Below are positions 18,373-25,237 of a stretch of DNA of 64,000 nucleotides, piece after piece; the first letter of the stretch is position 1; every line of letters begins with the position of its first letter. The notes under the pieces are model-generated. The model was not told where the DNA came from and ran no database searches. It saw only the letters and a program-made list of their open reading frames with translations. This stretch comes from an uncultured bacterium (GTDB taxonomy: Bacteria > Acidobacteriota > Thermoanaerobaculia > Multivoradales > JAHZIX01). The stretch is from assembly GCA_965368975.1 (NCBI GenBank), contig CBDUPA010000011.1:184155-248154 (forward strand), in the 5' to 3' direction. The translations under genes and the position numbers were made by a program.

Positions 18373-21351
18373 TCACCGCCAGTCCCCATAAACCTGAAAG
18401 GCAGCCCAAGCAAACGGCGTCCGCGACGCTTCCCCAGCGTCGCCACGCAGCAACTCGATCTGTGCCTGACGCAGAGCCTCGGCCTTGGGCAGCCCTGCGT
18501 CCAGGTGCTGGTAGAAGCGCCGCATCAGTTCTGCCGTCGAGTCGTCCTGCACGTTCCACAGGGATGCAACGACCGAGCGCGCGCCGGCGATGTGGAAGGC
18601 TCGTGTGAGCCCCATCATGCCTTCGCCGCTCAGCTCCTTGCCGAGGGCAGACTTACAGGACGACAGCACCACTAACTCGGTGCTCTTGAGCTGGATGCCC
18701 TCGAGGATTTCCCATACCTCCAGCAGGCCGTTCTCCTGCCCATCCTCTAACTGCTCCGGAATGCTCAGTGCCAGGGCAGAGTGCAGGGGCATGCGGGAAT
18801 CGACGATGGCGTGCGTGGCGAAGTGGAGATAGCGTGCCTGTGTCGTCAGTTTGGCTTGCTCCTCGGTCGCTGCTGCACCGAGGTAGGCACGCGAGCGGCT
18901 GCCGAAGAGGCGGGAGATGCCTTCCACTTCCAGCTCACTGTAGGGCAACAGCTGCAGCGCGAAGCTGCGCTCGACCACGGAGCGCAGCTGAGGGTTGCGG
19001 AGGCTGTTGCTGTCGGTATCCATGAGCCGTTGTGGATACTCAGGACCACCGAAAGCGGCCAGCATGACGGGAGTCGCTGTTGGACGATGGCGGTTCTTCA
19101 GCTGCGCGTAGGCGGAGGCGGACGGGGCGATGTGGAGCTGCTTGTCTTGGATCAGGAAGTGATCTTCCGAGGACTGCAGAGCTGACCAGGGGAGCTCGTG
19201 CAGCTGACCGTCGGGCACGATCAGGATGCGCCGCGCGGTATCGATACGTGGCTGCAGTGGCCCGAGCAGGGCTTGATAGAGACGCAAAGCTTCCGGGCCC
19301 AGATTGCGCAGGGCCTGCTGCTGTCGTGGCATGCTTGTGCGGGCCTCGGAAATCTGCTTGTGGAAGGCGTCGACTCGATCTTCTATCTCCTCGGAACCTA
19401 TCTCGAGGGTGTGGACGTCGAGACCTTCGTCTCGGCTGACGGAGAAGACGAGGGTTTTGTGCGTCAGCGTGCTGAAGGAGATCAGCAGAGTGCCTGGGTC
19501 CAGAGAGTGGCGCACCGCGGTCAGGTCGAGCACGGGAGCCTGAGTATCCAGGATGGTCTGCTGCCGGTGTTCTCGAACCCGCCGCTGAAAGCTCTCGTAC
19601 TCGAGCAGGGCGTCGACCGTCTCGTCTTCGTAGTGTGCGATGGCGTCCGTGTCGTTGCGCCGCTTGGCGTCCAGCAGGTCGTACTGGATCCGGTCGCGGT
19701 ACTGCTGTAGCTCTTCCTTGCGTGCGTGTAGCGCGGGTGGCAGCCTGTCGCCGGAGACGGCTGCATGCTCGGCGACAATGGCCCGGAAGCTCTGTGCGAG
19801 CGAACGTTCGAGCGTCAGGAAAGCGCTCTCCTGCGCACCGAGTTCGAGCTGTGTCTCCAAGATGTGGTGGTAGACACTGTGGAACTCGGAGCGGAAGCCA
19901 GCCTGGATCTGGCGAGAGCCCCCCAGTTCGGCGGTCTGGATCTCCAGCATGTCCGCGGCTTCCTGCAGCCATTGCAGGCTGACTAGGGGCCGGCCGGCTT
20001 TGGCTTCCAACAGACCGCGTTCGGAGAGACCTTCGATCAACCAGAAGCTCGTGCGCCTGTCGCGGCGATAGTGGGCGAGTGCCTGATCCGAAGCTTGGCG
20101 GGCTGCCTCGAAGTTTCCAAGGTCCGCCTGCACGCGGGCAATGGCCCCTTGGGTGTACCCGATCCAGAAGTCGTCTGCATGCTCCCGCAGGACCTCCAGC
20201 GCCAAGCTGTACTCGGCGAGCGCGTCCCGCGGCTGCCCCTTCTGCTCGTAGTAGTTGCCGAGCAGGGCTCGGCTGTTGGCCGTCGCTCCGAGATCCCCGT
20301 CGACCCTGACCTGCTCCTCGCGCAGGCGCAGAGCTGCCTGTGCTTGCTGATGCCCCGTTTCGAAGTCGCCACTCTCTAGAGCCATCTTGCCGAGTCGTTC
20401 GTGCAAGGCTGCCAGTTGCGCCGTGCCCGCACGAGCCTGTTGATAGCTTTTCAGGGCTTGTTGAAAGTAGTCCGTTGCACTGTCGAAGTCACGCGCCCAA
20501 TGTGCGTTTTTGCCGCGCTGAACCAGCGCGAAGGCACGATCCGGCAAGGGGGCCTGGTTGTCTTCGAAGATCTCGAGAGCACGTTCCAAGAGACGGTCCG
20601 CGGTCTCGTAGGCACGCTGCATGCGGTAGACGACACCCAGCTGAATGTAGGAATGGGCCAGTGCTCTGCCGTCGCCCAGGCGTTGCTGAAGCTTGATTGC
20701 GGACTCCAGCAGTGCCCGCGCCTCCTCGAGTTCGGGCTTCTGACCGAGAATCAACCCAAGGCAGTTCAGCGTTTCCGCCTCCTCGAGGCCGCCGGCTGGT
20801 TGCAGCGTCCGCTGGGTGGCCAGTGCCCTGCGACACAGGAGTTCTCCTTCCTGCCACTTGCCGACCGCGAAGCGGACTGATCCCTGGCGGGCCCAGGCCT
20901 GGGCCAGCAGCCACGGATCGTCAGCGTCATTGAGGAGGCTCACCGCAGTGTCGTAGTGGTCAGCTGCGGGACCGAAGCGCCGGTTCTTCTGCTGAACTCG
21001 CCCGAGTGTGAGGTGGAGGAGGGCCCGGGTCTGGGGAGCACTGCTATAGCGGAGAGCGGCCAACAGCGCCTGTTCTACCGCTGGATCCGCAGTGCCCGGA
21101 GGCAAGGTCTCGAGCTGCTCGGCATGCTGCCAGAGAGCTGCGGCGATCCGCGAATCAAAACGGCTGTCCGGTTGGGAGGCTGCCGTAATGGAGCTGGTAG
21201 AAACATTTGGTATTGTGCATGCGTCAAATTGCCTGCTCGCCAAGCCAGAGGCCAGGAGCAGTGCTGTCGAAAGGAGGGTCCAAACCGTAAGGCGTCTGGC
21301 AATCTGAAAGGAGTTTGCAATGCGCAAGCGAAGTTCCCGTTCTAAGTCCAA
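18373..21351 (-). CDS. TPR-repeat plus CHAT-domain (caspase-like) protease 2 (start uncertain: TTG at 21351 or 21327)
   Basis: TPR array; ILIVPDGQLHELPW, YLHFATH, LVVLSSCKSALG, GLTRAF..AGARSVVASLWNVQD, PFAWAAFQVYGDWR; paralog of protease 1. Confidence 0.92.
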   Translation of the reverse strand: MDLERELRLRIANSFQIARRLTVWTLLSTALLLASGLASRQFDACTIPNVSTSSITAASQPDSRFDSRIAAALWQHAEQLETLPPGTADPAVEQALLAALRYSSAPQTRALLHLTLGRVQQKNRRFGPAADHYDTAVSLLNDADDPWLLAQAWARQGSVRFAVGKWQEGELLCRRALATQRTLQPAGGLEEAETLNCLGLILGQKPELEEARALLESAIKLQQRLGDGRALAHSYIQLGVVYRMQRAYETADRLLERALEIFEDNQAPLPDRAFALVQRGKNAHWARDFDSATDYFQQALKSYQQARAGTAQLAALHERLGKMALESGDFETGHQQAQAALRLREEQVRVDGDLGATANSRALLGNYYEQKGQPRDALAEYSLALEVLREHADDFWIGYTQGAIARVQADLGNFEAARQASDQALAHYRRDRRTSFWLIEGLSERGLLEAKAGRPLVSLQWLQEAADMLEIQTAELGGSRQIQAGFRSEFHSVYHHILETQLELGAQESAFLTLERSLAQSFRAIVAEHAAVSGDRLPPALHARKEELQQYRDRIQYDLLDAKRRNDTDAIAHYEDETVDALLEYESFQRRVREHRQQTILDTQAPVLDLTAVRHSLDPGTLLISFSTLTHKTLVFSVSRDEGLDVHTLEIGSEEIEDRVDAFHKQISEARTSMPRQQQALRNLGPEALRLYQALLGPLQPRIDTARRILIVPDGQLHELPWSALQSSEDHFLIQDKQLHIAPSASAYAQLKNRHRPTATPVMLAAFGGPEYPQRLMDTDSNSLRNPQLRSVVERSFALQLLPYSELEVEGISRLFGSRSRAYLGAAATEEQAKLTTQARYLHFATHAIVDSRMPLHSALALSIPEQLEDGQENGLLEVWEILEGIQLKSTELVVLSSCKSALGKELSGEGMMGLTRAFHIAGARSVVASLWNVQDDSTAELMRRFYQHLDAGLPKAEALRQAQIELLRGDAGEASRTPFAWAAFQVYGDWR

Positions 21352-21496
21352 GTTACAACTCCATCGAGAATGGCTGACGCTTCTAGACGCTCAGCAGCTG
21401 ACTGCGGCTACGGCTGCAGCTACGCAGGATCCGTCTTCCACGGCGATCTTTTCCTGTCCGCAATGTGGGATGAATACATTTCCCATCGACGTCTAA
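21320..21496 (+). CDS. Peptide precursor P5 (58 aa), not in ORF track
   Basis: RBS AAAGGAG; MRKRSSRSKSKLQLHREWLTLLDAQQLTAATAA|ATQDPSSTAIFSCPQCGMNTFPIDV*. Confidence 0.75.
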   Translation: MRKRSSRSKSKLQLHREWLTLLDAQQLTAATAAATQDPSSTAIFSCPQCGMNTFPIDV

Positions 21497-21625
21497 TCGG
21501 TGCGTCGGCCGCTGGTTTTCGTGTTCGGGCCAGTGGCTGCCTTACAAGTAGACGCGCAATCTGGGGCAGGAAGTGTCAGACAAGGAGCACAAACATATGG
21601 ATGCATGTATCCAAGAGGTGTCACA

Positions 21626-21790
21626 ATGCGAAGATTCACGAAGAAGCGCTATTCGATTCGACTGCACCGAGAGACCTTGGTGCGGCTCGAGGACGCTCAC
21701 CTGAAGCAGGTTGCCGCGGCAAGTATCAAGGCATCGTGTCCGCTGACCGACACGGGAGCCCCTGCGGTCAGCCCGGGGAGCTGCTGCTAG
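21626..21790 (+). CDS. Peptide precursor P6 (54 aa)
   Basis: RBS AAGAGGTG; MRRFTKKRYSIRLHRETLVRLEDAHLKQVAAA|SIKASCPLTDTGAPAVSPGSCC* (3' part of track ORF 21500-21790). Confidence 0.8.
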   Translation: MRRFTKKRYSIRLHRETLVRLEDAHLKQVAAASIKASCPLTDTGAPAVSPGSCC

Positions 21791-21952
21791 AAACAAAAAA
21801 AGCGTCCTTGTGGACGCTGGGGAGCAGAAGTACCTTGTTGTCCGACCCTTCTGAGTCGCGGAGCACCACGTGAGTGGCGGCTCTGTACTTAGACGCGCAA
21901 GCAGCGCGGAAAAGTGTCAAACGCGGCGCAGAAATTTTTCGAGGTCGGCACT

Positions 21953-24589
21953 TTAGCGTTCCTGTTCCGGGCTCTGGGGCTCCAGCTTCTGTAAGCGCTG
22001 CCAGGCTCTTCGAGTCTTGGGAGCGTCGGGCCCCAGAGCCTGGAGCAGGCTTTCGTAGCCTTGTCGGAGCAACAGGGTCGCGGCTTCGGTGTCGCCCAGC
22101 GCCAGCAAACAAGCTCCCAGGACGCTATCGACTTCCGCCAATGACACCTGAGGGTGTTTGTAGACCTCTTCCAGGGTCTGCCTGGCCAGCCGCGCTTGCT
22201 GTAGGGCCTCGTCCAATCTTCCTTGCGCGAGCAAGATTTCGGCATAGTTGCGCAGGAATGCGCCAAGGTTCGGTCTGCCGATTCTCTGTTGGGACCGCTG
22301 AATCCGCAGAGCCTCCTCGAGGTGAGCCTGCGCACCGGCCAGATCCTGTCTCAGGAAGAGGACGTAGCCCAAGTTGTTGTGTGCGGGGGCCAGTTTCCTA
22401 TGGAGCGGTTGCTTCTCGTAGACCTTCTGTCGCAGTTCGAGGCTCCTTCGCAGTTCTTCCTCTGCCGCTGCCAGCCGTCCCTGGTATTGCAGGATCCGAC
22501 CTAGATTGCTGTGCGTCGTGGCAAGCGCCGTCGGGGAAACCTGGAGGTCGATTCTCGTCTCGAGCGCTTTGCGGCCCAGGGCCTCGGCCTCCTCGAGCTG
22601 GCCGAGTTCGAGGAGCAAGGTAGAGAGGTTGTGCCGAACAGTCGCGATGAACTCGGCATCCACGTCGGCTTCTGCGAGTCCGAATTCTAGGGCTTTGCGA
22701 AAATTGACTTCAGCCTTGCTCGGCGGCCCAATACGGCGGCGGATACCGCCGAGGTGGTTGAAGGCTTCGGCGAACTGCGCGCGACTTCCGTGATGCTTCT
22801 CGAGCAGTTCGATGGCTTCGAGGATGTACGGTTCGCCGGCTTTGTGGTCACCGAAGTAACTCAGGTTGCCTCCCAGGTTGAGCAGCGTTTCGGCCAGCTG
22901 GTGCGGCTGGTCCAGCTGACGTCCCAGGTTGACGGCCTCGCGGTAGAGAGGCAGGACTTCTTCGGCGCCCCGGCCCAGGTCTTTGAGAAGTCTGCCAACT
23001 TCGTCGAGCAGGTGAACGCGGATCTCCGGGTCCTCGCCCAGCATTTCTGGGAGTTCGTCCAGGACCTGCTGGATCAGCTCACCGACGGTGAGTCCTGGGT
23101 CGCCGGTGTCCGGGCTGGCGCCTTCAAGGATCCGCGTGGTGATGTTCAGGGCGCCCCTGGCGACCCGCTGTTCCGTTTGCGCTTGCACGGCAGCCTTGCG
23201 GGCTCGCTGTCGCAAGACTTCCGCGTAGACGCTGAAGCTGGTGAGCAGGAAGATGAAGGTTGCCGCTGCGGCCACAGCCAGGGCGTTTCTGCGCACAAAC
23301 TTCCAGGCTCTGTAGATGGGCGTGCTCTGGTGCGCCCTGACCGGCAGGCCTTGGAGGTAGTTCTGCACATCCTCGCTCAGCTGCTCGACGGAGGCGTAGC
23401 GCCGGACGGGCTTCTTCTCTAGCGCCATGAGCACGATGCTGTCGAGATCGCCACTCAGCCGCCGCCGCAGGCTGGGGGCGTCGAGGTCACGGCTGGTGCT
23501 GACCGACGCGGGATCGAGATGCAGCACCGAGCCGTCCGCACGCTCGCGTGTCTCGTCACGATCGATCGCCTGGCTCGGAGGTTCCGGTTCCTCGTTGCAC
23601 AGGCGCTCGAGCTTGGCGGGCAGAGACGTGGTGGGACGGTGTGGACGGTGTCCGGAGAGCAGCTCGTAGAGCAAGACGCCAAGGGCGTAGACATCGCTCG
23701 CCGTGGTCACCGCCTCACCCCGCAGCTGTTCGGGACTGGCGTAGTCGAGGGTCAGGGGGGCGGGACCGCCGGTATGCAGAGCGGTCGGAGCCATGGTCCG
23801 GTCGGGTACGTCGCCGGCCAGCAACTTGGCGACCCCGAAGTCGAGGAGTTTCGGTTCGCCCTCGGCCGTGATCAGGATATTGCTCGGCTTGAGGTCGCGG
23901 TGCAGAACCAGGCTCTGGTGGAAAAAGTGAACGGCGGAGCAGATCTTGCGGAACAGGTGCAGCCGCTGCGTGATGCTCAGACGGTGGCGGTCGCAGTACT
24001 GGTCTATCGGTTCGCCCTCGATATGTTCCATGACCAGGTAGGGACGGCCGTCCTCGGTGCTGCCACCGTCGAGCAGGCGGGCGATGTTCGGGTGGTTGAG
24101 CTGGGCCAGGATCCGCCGCTCCTGCTGGAAACGCAGCACGGTCTGTTGGGCGCTGGCGCCGTGCAGGAGCTTCAGGGCTCCCTTCTGTATGAAATCCTCA
24201 TGGATCCGCTCGGCGAGGTAGACCGTCCCCATTCCCCCGCGCCCCAATTCGTGTAGGACGCGCCAGCCCGCGACTTGGGTTCCGGAGGCCAGTTCCGGCA
24301 CCAGGGCGCCTCCCTCGAGGCTCACCTCCCCGCGAGGCGCGCCGGCGACCGCCGGCTGTTCCAAGAACTCGCCCATGTCACCGTGGGAAGCGACCAGCGA
24401 CGAGACTTCACGGAACAGGTCTTCATCTTCGGCGCAGGCGCTGCGCAGCCAGCCGAGCCGTTGGTTGGTGTCGACATCGAGCGCTCGGTTGAGTAGGTCC
24501 TCAATGTGCAGCCAGCGTTCCGGCGTCATCGGGGTCGAACCGGTTCCAGCGTCTGGTGTGGGAGCTGGATTGTCGCATTCCGGGGGCAT
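21953..24589 (-). CDS. Hanks-type Ser/Thr protein kinase with transmembrane helix and C-terminal TPR array
   Basis: LGRGGMGTVY, ALKLL, HRDLKPSNIL, DFG, YASPEQ, DVYALG; TM segment ALAVAAAATFIFLL; TPR motifs (HNLS, HSNLG, HNNLG). Confidence 0.95.
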   Translation of the reverse strand: MPPECDNPAPTPDAGTGSTPMTPERWLHIEDLLNRALDVDTNQRLGWLRSACAEDEDLFREVSSLVASHGDMGEFLEQPAVAGAPRGEVSLEGGALVPELASGTQVAGWRVLHELGRGGMGTVYLAERIHEDFIQKGALKLLHGASAQQTVLRFQQERRILAQLNHPNIARLLDGGSTEDGRPYLVMEHIEGEPIDQYCDRHRLSITQRLHLFRKICSAVHFFHQSLVLHRDLKPSNILITAEGEPKLLDFGVAKLLAGDVPDRTMAPTALHTGGPAPLTLDYASPEQLRGEAVTTASDVYALGVLLYELLSGHRPHRPTTSLPAKLERLCNEEPEPPSQAIDRDETRERADGSVLHLDPASVSTSRDLDAPSLRRRLSGDLDSIVLMALEKKPVRRYASVEQLSEDVQNYLQGLPVRAHQSTPIYRAWKFVRRNALAVAAAATFIFLLTSFSVYAEVLRQRARKAAVQAQTEQRVARGALNITTRILEGASPDTGDPGLTVGELIQQVLDELPEMLGEDPEIRVHLLDEVGRLLKDLGRGAEEVLPLYREAVNLGRQLDQPHQLAETLLNLGGNLSYFGDHKAGEPYILEAIELLEKHHGSRAQFAEAFNHLGGIRRRIGPPSKAEVNFRKALEFGLAEADVDAEFIATVRHNLSTLLLELGQLEEAEALGRKALETRIDLQVSPTALATTHSNLGRILQYQGRLAAAEEELRRSLELRQKVYEKQPLHRKLAPAHNNLGYVLFLRQDLAGAQAHLEEALRIQRSQQRIGRPNLGAFLRNYAEILLAQGRLDEALQQARLARQTLEEVYKHPQVSLAEVDSVLGACLLALGDTEAATLLLRQGYESLLQALGPDAPKTRRAWQRLQKLEPQSPEQER

Positions 24590-24601
24590 CGCGGAGCCTC
24601 C

Positions 24602-25234
24602 TCAGGACGGCTGCAGCGCACGGTGCAGCCAGCTCTTGGCTGCCCGCCACTTGTAGCGGACGGTCGAGGTGGAGATATTCAGTACGGTAGCGATCTCGTC
24701 ATGGGTGAGGCCGGCGAAAAAACGCATCTCGACGATTCGACTGCCTTCGGGGTTGAAGCGTGCTAGGTCTTCGAGCGCGACGTCGAGGCGCAGTAGCTCG
24801 TGGTCGCTCATCTCGGCTTGCAGCAAGACGCCATCGTCAGCCAAGGCGTCCAGCGAAATCGGCACGTTGTCACCGCCGCGCTTGACGGCGGTGCGCCGGC
24901 GTGCGTGGTCGACCAGGATGCGCCGCATCTGCCGTGCCGCAAAGCCGAAGAATTGGGCACGGTCATGCCACTGTACGCGGCGCCGGTTCATCAGGTCGAG
25001 GAAGAGCTCGTTGACCACCGCAGTCGGTTGCAGGGTATGGCTCTGGTTCTCGCGCACGAAGTACCCACGCGCGATCCGCTGCAGCTGGTCGTAAACCAGT
25101 GGCGTCAACCGCTCCAGGGCGTCGGGTTTGCCGTCGCTCCAGGCGTGTAGCAGGACGGTGATGTCCCCGCGTGGCGAACTGCCGGTTCTTTCCGGTGTGG
25201 CGTCGCGGGATGGAGCTGGGGTGTCGTCGTCCAT
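24602..25234 (-). CDS. ECF sigma factor, kinase-associated type (TIGR02999/ECF43-like)
   Basis: DITVLLHAWSDG, LVYDQL, HTLQPTAVVNE, QMRRILVDHAR, IVEMRFFAGLT..EIA; directly upstream of the kinase. Confidence 0.92.
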   Translation of the reverse strand: MDDDTPAPSRDATPERTGSSPRGDITVLLHAWSDGKPDALERLTPLVYDQLQRIARGYFVRENQSHTLQPTAVVNELFLDLMNRRRVQWHDRAQFFGFAARQMRRILVDHARRRTAVKRGGDNVPISLDALADDGVLLQAEMSDHELLRLDVALEDLARFNPEGSRIVEMRFFAGLTHDEIATVLNISTSTVRYKWRAAKSWLHRALQPS

Positions 25235-25237
25235 AGG

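Noticed and set aside
15269-21351. CRISPR-associated (Craspase) protease system
   Set aside because: No cas genes or CRISPR repeat-spacer array were found anywhere in the window.
13836-21790. Calling the peptides a complete lanthipeptide gene cluster
   Set aside because: No dehydratase, cyclase, LanM/LanKC or peptide transporter is in the window. The Hanks kinase has TM-TPR architecture without lyase or cyclase domains.
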